A DNA stretch of 63,169 nucleotides, from positions 1 to 63,169 of the IMG/VR virus record IMGVR_UViG_3300009184_000047. One strand, written 5' to 3'. Positions 38,894 to 46,915 of the stretch are shown here, piece after piece (positions within the stretch are counted from its first letter, which is position 1; every line of letters starts with the position of its first letter). Source of the DNA: a virus (taxonomy: Duplodnaviria; Caudoviricetes). Below the pieces are notes generated by a model, which did not search any database, was not told where the DNA came from, and was given only the letters and a program-made list of their open reading frames with translations. Position numbers and translations under genes: made by a program.

Positions 38894-38900
38894 GGGCTAT

Positions 38901-39524
38901 ATGAAAGATCCAAACTTTGAATTATTATTTCCAACTCCAGTTATGTTTAATGATATTGGAAGGGACTTTACAGAAGTTGAATTAGAGTTTATTAAGAAGC
39001 ATGGAAAAGAAGGTATGACAAATCGCAATGTAGGCAATGTCACATCCAACAATAACTATATTCTAAATGAGCCAGAGCTTGCTGATCTTAAGAAAGATGT
39101 TACGGAGCATATCAATGAATACGTTAAACGAGTCTATAAGCCTAAATACCCAGCAGAAGCATTTGTTACTCAATCTTGGCTCAACTACACAGCAAAGGGT
39201 GAGTTTCACCACAAGCATGAGCATCCCAACAGCTTCATCTCTGGAGTATTATATATCCATACAGACGCTTCAAAGGATAAGATCACATTCCATAAATCTG
39301 GATATCAACAAATTCAACTGGTGTCAGATACTTTTGATGTTTACAATTCTTCTTCTTGGTGGTTTAATGTAAAACCTGGTGGTATTGTAGCATTTCCATC
39401 AGGCTTAACGCATCATGTAGAAGATGTAGTAGCAGACGAAACACGTGTTAGCCTAGCATTTAATTCATTTATTAAAGGCACAATAGGCGACAATAAATCA
39501 TTAACGGAGTTTATCAATGCATAA
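38901..39524 (+). CDS. 2OG-Fe(II) oxygenase-like protein (TIGR02466 type)
   Basis: LFPTP, HEHPNSFISGVLY, FPSGLTHHV and RVSLAFN motifs. Confidence 0.85.
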   Translation: MKDPNFELLFPTPVMFNDIGRDFTEVELEFIKKHGKEGMTNRNVGNVTSNNNYILNEPELADLKKDVTEHINEYVKRVYKPKYPAEAFVTQSWLNYTAKGEFHHKHEHPNSFISGVLYIHTDASKDKITFHKSGYQQIQLVSDTFDVYNSSSWWFNVKPGGIVAFPSGLTHHVEDVVADETRVSLAFNSFIKGTIGDNKSLTEFINA

Positions 39525-40083
39525 CCTAGAAGATTACATCAAGATCTATCCAGTATTAGATGAAGCATTTTGCAGTAAAGTCCAAGAAGAACTTAAGTCA
39601 GCTACATGGAAGCAACATGAATTTTATAATCCAGCTGATGGAACCTATGGACCACAAAGTGGAAATCGTGAGCTTGATGTATCTTGGGATGATATTCCTA
39701 GTCGTCAAGAACTTACACAAAAGGTATGGGAAACTATATCCCAATACATTATTACCGATATGAATAAATCCTATTACAATGGCTGGTCTGGATTTACTCA
39801 TGTTAGATTTAATCGTTATTATCCAGATAGGCTCATGGCTTTACATTGTGATCATATCCATTCTATGTTTGATGGCAATACCAAAGGTATTCCAACACTT
39901 AGCGTATTAGGATCATTAAACAATGATTATGAAGGTGGCGAGTTCCTTATGTTTGATGATGAAAAGGAATATAAGCTTAAAGCTGGTGAGATTATGGTAT
40001 TTCCATCAGTATTCTTATATCCGCATAGAGTAGCACCAGTAACTAAAGGTGTTAGAGATACATTTGTTTCTTGGGTTTGGTAA
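39517..40083 (+). CDS. 2OG-Fe(II) oxygenase, prolyl-4-hydroxylase-like
   Basis: HCD...LNNDYEGGEF...FPS...HRVAPVTKGVR. Confidence 0.88.
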   Translation: MHNLEDYIKIYPVLDEAFCSKVQEELKSATWKQHEFYNPADGTYGPQSGNRELDVSWDDIPSRQELTQKVWETISQYIITDMNKSYYNGWSGFTHVRFNRYYPDRLMALHCDHIHSMFDGNTKGIPTLSVLGSLNNDYEGGEFLMFDDEKEYKLKAGEIMVFPSVFLYPHRVAPVTKGVRDTFVSWVW

Positions 40084-40370
40084 TGTACCGCAATAAAAAA
40101 CTATTAGTAATTGTAAGAGAATCTCCATGCCAGGTATGTGGTATTGAAGATGGCACAGTGGTTGCAGCGCATTCAAATCAGATGAGGGATGGTAAATCTA
40201 TTTCTATGAAGTCTCATGATCATAGAATCGCAGCAATGTGTTTTAAGTGTCATGCTAATCTTGATCAAGGCAGTAAGATGACCAGGGAAGAGCGTGTTAA
40301 TATGTGGGAAGAAGCACATCGTGCTACAATCGGCTGGTTATTTGAAAAAGAACATTTGGAGGTTAAATGA
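40083..40370 (+). CDS. DUF1364/YbcO-like putative HNH-type nuclease
   Basis: CQVC...VAAH...CFKCH; start revised to MYRNKKLL. Confidence 0.65.
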   Translation: MYRNKKLLVIVRESPCQVCGIEDGTVVAAHSNQMRDGKSISMKSHDHRIAAMCFKCHANLDQGSKMTREERVNMWEEAHRATIGWLFEKEHLEVK

Positions 40371-40487
40371 GAACATTAATAGGATTCCTTGGTATTATGT
40401 TTATTCCATTAGCAGTTATATGCGTAGCATTTAGATCTGCTTGTGGTTTTGTAGTTAGGTGGGCAAATCATGGATTGGAGAATATAG

Positions 40488-40733
40488 ATGATTAGCGCAA
40501 TTAAAGAACCCTATGCTTGGGTTTACGAAGAATTTGACAGTAATAATCAATTATTAAAAAGCTATACCACTCCATTCAAGCCATCAGAAATATCTTTCAA
40601 AGACGAAATCAAATCAAAGCTTCATAACATTGTATTAACTCCCTTATTTAGATGTGATGATAAAGCTGAAAAATATACTGCAGTAAAAAAATACGACAGC
40701 AAATTATTAATAGAAGCAAACCTAGGACTTTAA
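40488..40733 (+). CDS. Hypothetical protein
   Basis: GGAG RBS, 81 aa. Confidence 0.6.
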   Translation: MISAIKEPYAWVYEEFDSNNQLLKSYTTPFKPSEISFKDEIKSKLHNIVLTPLFRCDDKAEKYTAVKKYDSKLLIEANLGL

Positions 40734-40734
40734 C

Positions 40735-41079
40735 ATGGCAAAACTTATCTTAGAAGAACACATTAAAGCTACCTATATATATCTTAGGTCTATTGCACCA
40801 TTCAACACATGGGATCTGCCACCAGCATCAAAAGTGTTATTTGAACTATTAGATGATTATGAGTTTATGGGTGAGTTTGATGTAGAGCCTTTGGTTATTA
40901 GACTATCACCCTTAAGACAATGCACATTAGAAAATTTATTAAAAACTACTGCACATGAATTAGTTCACATGAAGCTTTACTTAGAGGGAAAAACACATTA
41001 TGATAAACATGATATGACCTTTAGGAAATATATGAGTCAAATCAATGAATTATATGGCTGGGACAAACTTGATCTTTAA
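40735..41079 (+). CDS. SprT-like zinc metallopeptidase
   Basis: TAHELVH...H...F motif. Confidence 0.65.
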   Translation: MAKLILEEHIKATYIYLRSIAPFNTWDLPPASKVLFELLDDYEFMGEFDVEPLVIRLSPLRQCTLENLLKTTAHELVHMKLYLEGKTHYDKHDMTFRKYMSQINELYGWDKLDL

Positions 41080-41092
41080 CGAGGGGAAATAA

Positions 41093-41797
41093 ATGAAATA
41101 CAAGTCAGTGTTAGTAATATCAGATTTACATATACCGTATCATCACCCAGATGCATTTAGATTCTTAACTGCATTAAAAAAGAAATACAAGCCAGATTGC
41201 ATTATTAACATTGGAGATGAGTTAGATATGCATGCTATGTCTATGCATGATTCTGATCCAGATCTTTATTCGGCAGGCCATGAGCTTGCCGCATCTATAG
41301 CATATATTCAACAGCTAGAAAAGATATTTCCTAAGATGACTATCGTTCACTCTAACCATTCATCTATGCTCTTTAGACGTGCATTGAAGCACGGAGTTCC
41401 CAAAGGCTATCTAAAGCATTATAATGATTATTTAGGCGTTGGTAATGGATGGCAATGGGTAGATGATCATACCATCACACTTAGCGATAGTAGTCGATGC
41501 TTCTTTACTCATGGATTATCTGCTGATGTTCTTAAAGTAGCCATGCAGTACGGGATGCATACTGTGCAGGGCCACTACCATACCAAGTTCAGCATAGGAT
41601 ACTATTCAAATCCAGACGCATTGGTCTGGGGCATGCAAGTTGGATGCTTAATCAATCAAAAATCTATGGCATTCCAATACGCTAAGAACTTTAAGACTAG
41701 GTTTATTGTAGGTTGTGGCATGATCCTTGATGGCCAGCCAAAACTTATGCCAATGGTATTAAATGAAAATGGAAAATGGATAGGTAAGTTAGTATGA
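41093..41797 (+). CDS. Calcineurin-like metallophosphoesterase
   Basis: SDLH, GDELD, SNH, THG and GHYH motifs. Confidence 0.88.
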   Translation: MKYKSVLVISDLHIPYHHPDAFRFLTALKKKYKPDCIINIGDELDMHAMSMHDSDPDLYSAGHELAASIAYIQQLEKIFPKMTIVHSNHSSMLFRRALKHGVPKGYLKHYNDYLGVGNGWQWVDDHTITLSDSSRCFFTHGLSADVLKVAMQYGMHTVQGHYHTKFSIGYYSNPDALVWGMQVGCLINQKSMAFQYAKNFKTRFIVGCGMILDGQPKLMPMVLNENGKWIGKLV

Positions 41798-41962
41798 GTT
41801 ACATTATGTTTGTAATTATGTTTGGTAATTTTGAACTAGAAATGTATAGCGTTCCCTTTGACTCTCAATTAACTTGTGAGAATGCAAAGACCGCTATTGT
41901 TGAGCAATATGATAAGAAAAAGGTGGGCGTTATGCCCGTAATTATGTGTGTAAGGAAATAGA

Positions 41963-42172
41963 ATGGCAAGTGAAGCAGGAAAAGGCAGTAAACAAAGACC
42001 TACAGATAAAGAAGCCTATGATGAGGCCTATGAACGTATATGGGGTAAAAAGAAAAATCAACCTTATAAAGAAAGACCTTATAAGGATGGCTTAAACTTT
42101 GACACAGATACAGACAATATAAATGATGTAAAGTACGATATATATATGCCAAAAGATCACTATGAAGAGTGA
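41963..42172 (+). CDS. Hypothetical protein
   Basis: GKGSKQRP...YERIW; AAGGA RBS. Confidence 0.6.
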   Translation: MASEAGKGSKQRPTDKEAYDEAYERIWGKKKNQPYKERPYKDGLNFDTDTDNINDVKYDIYMPKDHYEE

Positions 42173-42323
42173 TGTTCCAAGCCCTTGCAAGAATATTTGC
42201 AAGCTAGAAAATAATATATGTGTAGGTTGTGGTAGAAGTAAAAGAGATATAAAGAACTGGTCTCAGTATAGCAACGAGACTAAGTATCAGATCATCCATA
42301 AAATCAAGAAGAAAAAATCATGA
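42162..42323 (+). CDS. DUF1289-like small Cys (putative Fe-S) protein (not in ORF track)
   Basis: SPCKNICKL...CVGCGR...I..W signature. Confidence 0.75.
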   Translation: MKSDVPSPCKNICKLENNICVGCGRSKRDIKNWSQYSNETKYQIIHKIKKKKS

Positions 42324-42442
42324 ACAGATTGCAAGTGATCACAGATGCTATAGTTGTTACAGCTATGATCTATGCGCTTGGTAATTTTGCCCATGGTATG
42401 ATTCTTGCTTATCAATGGTTCACATGCAATATGCATATGTAA
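42320..42442 (+). CDS. 40-aa membrane peptide
   Basis: MNRLQVITDAIVVTAMIYALGNFAHGMILAYQW...; ATGA overlap. Confidence 0.45.
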   Translation: MNRLQVITDAIVVTAMIYALGNFAHGMILAYQWFTCNMHM

Positions 42443-43057
42443 CTACCAAAACATATTTAATGCGCCATTAATCCGTATTAAATGCCCCTGCAATGTAATC
42501 CTATATTCGTTTGGCACATACTTTTTAAGGCTTGCCATCCTGTGAACTATTTCTCCACTATGTCCTACAATACCACCTTCTTCATATGGTAGATACCTTG
42601 GTATTCCATCCTCAATAAAATCCATACCACCCCCACCTGTAGGCAGTTTAATCGCTATTGTAAATGAGTATGGGTCTTTTGATCCAAGATCTAATGTTTC
42701 ATGCGGAAAGTCTTGATGCCATAACCCAGCATGTTCAAGTAAGAATGGGCTTGACTCAAAGATATGAAAGGAAGGGTAGGCTAATTCATTATTAAGATAC
42801 ACCTTCTCTTTAAAGTGATGAGATAAGTGATCAATAATGATACGATATGAAACGGCAAATTCCCTAAGTAAAATAGGGTTTAGTTTCTTGATGTCTTCTT
42901 TGTAGGCGGGTGTTTTGCCATCTTGATAGGCGTTTCTGCCTAATGTATGGAAGGAAAATTCATCTGATCTTGATACCCAATAGTCTTTAAGTTCAAAGAC
43001 TTTATCAGCTATCTTGTCAGTATCAATGCGTAGTTTGTGTATATCAAAAGGGGGCAT
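42443..43057 (-). CDS. 2OG-Fe(II) oxygenase-fold protein
   Basis: WHQD...SFT...GGG...HR...RITLQG, i.e. HxD...H...R spacing. Confidence 0.65.
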   Translation of the reverse strand: MPPFDIHKLRIDTDKIADKVFELKDYWVSRSDEFSFHTLGRNAYQDGKTPAYKEDIKKLNPILLREFAVSYRIIIDHLSHHFKEKVYLNNELAYPSFHIFESSPFLLEHAGLWHQDFPHETLDLGSKDPYSFTIAIKLPTGGGGMDFIEDGIPRYLPYEEGGIVGHSGEIVHRMASLKKYVPNEYRITLQGHLIRINGALNMFW

Positions 43058-43066
43058 ATAGCCCCC
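43046..43066 (-). terminator. Intrinsic terminator-like hairpin after pqqA
   Basis: Minus strand GGGGGC-TATAT-GCCCCC followed by TTTT. Confidence 0.6.
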
Positions 43067-43075
43067 AATTATACA

Positions 43076-43147
43076 TTACTTGTTCATTACGTACATAGTC
43101 ACTTCAAAGCCAAAACGCATTTCTGTTGCTGATGGAGTTGTCCACAT
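43076..43147 (-). CDS. pqqA: Pyrroloquinoline quinone precursor peptide PqqA
   Basis: MWTTPSATEMRFGFEVTMYVMNK* (23 aa), ExxxY core, AAAGGA RBS. Confidence 0.95.
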   Translation of the reverse strand: MWTTPSATEMRFGFEVTMYVMNK

Positions 43148-43348
43148 AATATTTTCCTTTGTATGTAAAAAAGATCTATTTTTGATACACAAACACCTTT
43201 GTATGTAATTTACTCCATACAAGCTAGTTTGTATTGAATATAATGCGCTTTTTGCTATACAAAATCCTCAGTAAAACCATGATAGATGCCTAATCCTATA
43301 TAATATTTAGTTATATACAACTATTTCTATATAACTTTTATATATTAC

Positions 43349-43377
43349 TTGACAGGTATCCACCCATTTGCTATAGT
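43349..43377 (+). promoter_or_regulatory. Near-consensus sigma70 promoter
   Basis: TTGACA-17 nt-TATAGT, with TGn extension. Confidence 0.8.
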
Positions 43378-43383
43378 TTCATT

Positions 43384-43502
43384 TGTGAGTCCCTTTCCTC
43401 ACACGATCCTTTACATTTGCTTCTCTCTCTCGTAATGGTCAACCCTCGGTGTCCCTCGCACCTTAAAAACCCTTAGATTAAAAACCTAGGGGTTTTTTCT
43501 TT
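43384..43502 (+). ncRNA. Candidate small RNA with anti-Shine-Dalgarno loops
   Basis: Bounded by a promoter and a terminator, no RBS-led ORF, three hairpins with C/U-rich loops. Confidence 0.6.
43465..43502 (+). terminator. Intrinsic (possibly bidirectional) terminator
   Basis: AAAAACCCTTAG-loop-CTAGGGGTTTTTTCTTT. Confidence 0.75.
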
Positions 43503-43509
43503 CTACCTC

Positions 43510-43538
43510 TTGCACAAATTTAAAAATAGGCGTATATT
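43510..43538 (+). promoter_or_regulatory. Sigma70-type promoter for the replication operon leader
   Basis: TTGCAC-17 nt-TATATT. Confidence 0.6.
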
Positions 43539-43544
43539 TATAAA

Positions 43545-43865
43545 TGAGAGATGTGAATGCAAAGGTGATAAGAGAACTATCGTTCTTTTTTCTCCTATCT
43601 ATTCTCATCTTTCCGTACTCCAAACGATATCAGAGAGCCTAAATGGGCTGCTTGGAAAAATACATAGGCCGTGCTTACACCCGCATGCGTGCAACCTCGT
43701 GAACTTAAATGGGTATCATACAAGATATACAGGACTGGGGTGACTTGCCTACTGTATGTCGAGTGAACATTAACTCTGTGTAGGACTGGTGGCACTGGTG
43801 TTCTCTTCCTCTGCTGTGGGTCAAAGGTGTTCTTCTCACCCTAGGCGGAGCTATGTCTCAAACAA
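43545..43865 (+). ncRNA. Candidate structured RNA / long 5' leader
   Basis: About 320 nt without a credible ORF, raised GC, several G-U-containing stems. Confidence 0.4.
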
Positions 43866-43887
43866 ATGAAAGGAGCTAAAAAAAAAT

Positions 43888-44061
43888 ATGGATTTTACCC
43901 ACGCAGTAGTAGATGACGGAGACATTATACGAAAGTATAGATGGTCCAAAAGAGAAGCTAAATGGTATAAAGATTCACATCCTGATATAGATGTGGTAGA
44001 GTTGCCTAAAGCACCAAAGGAAGTATTTAATATTAATGATTACGAGGAGGCACCATTTTGA
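43888..44061 (+). CDS. 57-aa hypothetical protein (not in ORF track)
   Basis: AAGGAG RBS; MDFTHAVVDDG...YEEAPF*. Confidence 0.65.
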   Translation: MDFTHAVVDDGDIIRKYRWSKREAKWYKDSHPDIDVVELPKAPKEVFNINDYEEAPF

Positions 44062-44270
44062 AGAGCGAACAAATAAAAACATTAGCTAGTGCAATTGTTG
44101 AAGGCATGGCAGCAAGAGAAGTAGAACAGTATTGTAAGAATCTAGTTCATGACATAATGAAAGATATGAATCAAGCGGATATAGATGAAGCTCAAAAAAT
44201 AGCATTAGAAACATTGAATGCTGATGTGCCAAGACTTGTAGATCCGTCAAAAAGTGAAACAATACATTAG
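44058..44270 (+). CDS. Hypothetical protein
   Basis: GGAGG RBS, TTG start overlapping the upstream stop. Confidence 0.55.
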   Translation: MKSEQIKTLASAIVEGMAAREVEQYCKNLVHDIMKDMNQADIDEAQKIALETLNADVPRLVDPSKSETIH

Positions 44271-44278
44271 GAATAATT

Positions 44279-44437
44279 ATGGTTGATACAAAGAAAACAA
44301 TAATAGTTGAAAATGTTTTGGTTAAGGGATATATTAAACACGCTAATGGTAAAAAGACTATGTTTGAATTTAACAAGCAAGACTTTAAGCCATCATCATT
44401 TGAGAAAATATTTGAGGAAGTTGGGAGTAAGTTATAA
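44279..44437 (+). CDS. 52-aa hypothetical protein (not in ORF track)
   Basis: MVDTKKTII...EVGSKL*; fills the gap in the operon. Confidence 0.55.
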   Translation: MVDTKKTIIVENVLVKGYIKHANGKKTMFEFNKQDFKPSSFEKIFEEVGSKL

Positions 44438-44664
44438 TGTATACAAAGCTTGATGACAATAAGAAAGCCGATATAATTAATTATTATATGAATGCTAAAC
44501 CTGATTGCACTCTTAAAGAAATTATTCAGGATTGTTATACCACAAGAACAAGATTGGCTTATTTAGAGAGATGTGGTCTTATAAAATTACCTAATCCAAT
44601 GCCATTTGGGTTAAGAAACAAAAAGTATTATGAAAACAAAGCCCTTCAATCAGCAAGTTCATGA
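44437..44664 (+). CDS. Putative winged-HTH protein
   Basis: TLKEIIQDC...LAYLERCGLI. Confidence 0.45.
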   Translation: MYTKLDDNKKADIINYYMNAKPDCTLKEIIQDCYTTRTRLAYLERCGLIKLPNPMPFGLRNKKYYENKALQSASS

Positions 44665-45052
44665 TGCATGTGATCCACCAGCAAGAGAAGCCGTAAGAAA
44701 ATATATCAAATCTACATGGGATTTAAACGCATGGCATAATCCGGATAAGTATGCAGTAGATTTAATTATAGAGAGAAACAAAGAGGCGATTGGGTATGCA
44801 GAGATAGAAATGAGAGATTGGGATCACTGTCCCTTTAACACCATTCACATTCCCAAACGAAAAGATAAATTATTTGATAACAATAAAAGGACTATATACT
44901 TTGTTGTGTCAAAGAGCATAAAGAGAGCTTGGTATGTAGATTCACAACTGATTAAAAATTCATCAGTGCGTGAGATACCTAACAAGGCAGTAAGTCAAGG
45001 GGAATATTTTTATGATGTTCCAATTAAGCTCTTCACACAGATCAACTTATAA
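44630..45052 (+). CDS. Putative PD-(D/E)XK-fold protein
   Basis: YAVDL...YAEIE motif. Confidence 0.5.
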   Translation: MKTKPFNQQVHDACDPPAREAVRKYIKSTWDLNAWHNPDKYAVDLIIERNKEAIGYAEIEMRDWDHCPFNTIHIPKRKDKLFDNNKRTIYFVVSKSIKRAWYVDSQLIKNSSVREIPNKAVSQGEYFYDVPIKLFTQINL

Positions 45053-45065
45053 AATAGAATTATAA

Positions 45066-45383
45066 ATGGGTGATATTGAATCAGAGTTAAAACATGCGCT
45101 ACAAAAGATCAAAGAGCTTTCTAATGTAATTATAGATCTTGATATAGAAAATACTAAACTCAAAGACATCATCAACTCACAGAATTGGGAAGCAAGTCCA
45201 TTTGAAAAGTTTTATATCCACCATGAGATTACATCTCTCCGGAAGCAGATAGAAAATCTAACAAGGGATCTACAAGCAACAACTACAACTCGCAATATGT
45301 ATATGAATCGTAATGCGGAGTTGATTCGTTCCAATAACGGAATGAAAAACTTTTTAAGAAAAAACAAACTGCAAATGCGGTAG
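45066..45383 (+). CDS. Coiled-coil hypothetical protein
   Basis: 105 aa with heptad pattern, upstream of the helicase. Confidence 0.6.
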   Translation: MGDIESELKHALQKIKELSNVIIDLDIENTKLKDIINSQNWEASPFEKFYIHHEITSLRKQIENLTRDLQATTTTRNMYMNRNAELIRSNNGMKNFLRKNKLQMR

Positions 45384-45421
45384 CCTAATCCAAGGGGTTC
45401 TTGGACATTGAAAGGAGCAAC

Positions 45422-46915
45422 ATGTTAGCACTACGTGAACACCAGCTCGGTGTTATTGATCAATTGAATAAGGGATTTTCTGAAGGCCATAGATCACAAC
45501 TTCTATATGCGCCTACAGGGTTTGGAAAGACTGAAGTTGCTATCTATTTAATGCATGCCATGGCAGAAGAAGGTTTAAGATCGGCAATGATCCTAGATCG
45601 TATTGTGTTAGTAGATCAAACCAGCTCAAGATTAGAAAAATACAACATACCTCATGGCGTATATCAAGCTAACCATTGGAAATATAATACCTACGAAAAA
45701 ATTCAAGTCTGTTCTGCTCAAACACTAGAACGCAGACAACAATTCCCTAAAATAGATGTGCTTGTAGTAGACGAATGCCATATCACACGATCGCAGATCA
45801 GCAAGCTTATTGAAAACAATCCGGAGATGAAGGTCATTGGCTTAACTGCTACACCATTCACAAAGGGGCTGGGTAATCTTTATAGTAATGTAGTATGCGG
45901 ATCTACGACAGATAGTCTTGTGACAAGTAAATGGCTTACTCCATTAAAGGTTTATTTTGCCAAAGAGATTAACATGGCCGGAGCTAAAAAGCTTGGTGGT
46001 GAGTGGTCTCAAGATGTAGTAACTGAACGTGGCATGCAGATCACAGGTGACATTGTGCAAGAGTGGATCAAAATGACACATCAAATATTTGGTATGCCTA
46101 AAAAGACTATTGTATTTTGTGCTGGTGTAGCCCATGGAGAAGACCTTGTTAGGCAGTTTGCCATAGCAGGATACAACTTTGTTTCAGTATCCTACAAAGA
46201 TAATAGCGAATATAAAAGAGAGGTCATAGAAGACTTTAGCAAACCTGATACAACTATCCATGGCTTGATTGCTACAGATATCTTAACTCGTGGCTTTGAT
46301 GTTCCTGACGTCATGATTGGTGTATCTGCAAGGCCATTCAGCAAGTCATTATCTAGCCATATACAACAAATGGGTCGTGTGATGCGTCCTCACCCAGAAA
46401 AAGAATTTGCACTCTGGCTGGATCATTCTGGTAATTATTTAAGATTCAGAGATGATTGGGATCGTGTATTTGAAACCGGTGTCCAAGAGCTTAATGAAGA
46501 GAAGGTCGAAAAGACCAAGCGTGAGCCTTCTAAACGTGAGAAGCATGAAGCTAAATGCCCTAAATGCTCATATCTATGGACGCCTAAAGCATTGCATTGT
46601 GAGTCTTGTGGATACGAAAGACCGGTTAATCAGTTTGAAGCAATAGCTGGTGAGATGTATGAAATTAAGATGAATACAAAAACATCTATGCTTGATAAGC
46701 AAACCTTTTATTCAGAGCTGCTCTATATTGCTCATGAGAAAAACTACAATCCTAATTGGGCTTCCCATAAATATAAAGAGAAGTTTGGCGTATGGCCTAA
46801 TCAGCTAGATAAAAAACTACAAGTTGAGCCTTCTATTGATACATTAAATTGGGTTAAGCATAAAACAATTGCATATGTTAAAGCAATGCAAAAACAAAAT
46901 AGGAGGTCAGCATGA
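45422..46915 (+). CDS. Superfamily II (DExH) helicase with Zn ribbon
   Basis: APTGFGKT, DECH, TAT, GFD and QQMGRVMR motifs, CxxC-CxxC; AAGGAG RBS before ATG 45422. Confidence 0.92.
   Translation: MLALREHQLGVIDQLNKGFSEGHRSQLLYAPTGFGKTEVAIYLMHAMAEEGLRSAMILDRIVLVDQTSSRLEKYNIPHGVYQANHWKYNTYEKIQVCSAQTLERRQQFPKIDVLVVDECHITRSQISKLIENNPEMKVIGLTATPFTKGLGNLYSNVVCGSTTDSLVTSKWLTPLKVYFAKEINMAGAKKLGGEWSQDVVTERGMQITGDIVQEWIKMTHQIFGMPKKTIVFCAGVAHGEDLVRQFAIAGYNFVSVSYKDNSEYKREVIEDFSKPDTTIHGLIATDILTRGFDVPDVMIGVSARPFSKSLSSHIQQMGRVMRPHPEKEFALWLDHSGNYLRFRDDWDRVFETGVQELNEEKVEKTKREPSKREKHEAKCPKCSYLWTPKALHCESCGYERPVNQFEAIAGEMYEIKMNTKTSMLDKQTFYSELLYIAHEKNYNPNWASHKYKEKFGVWPNQLDKKLQVEPSIDTLNWVKHKTIAYVKAMQKQNRRSA

Noticed and set aside
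43290-43345. AT-rich patch with GTTATATA/TATATAAC inverted repeat as replication origin
   Set aside because: No iterons or initiator gene seen; equally explained as an UP element or operator of the divergent promoters.
43510-43795. ORFs 43510-43743 (+) and 43595-43795 (-)
   Set aside because: The first starts on the -35 box TTG with no RBS; neither has recognisable features; the region is better explained as structured non-coding sequence.
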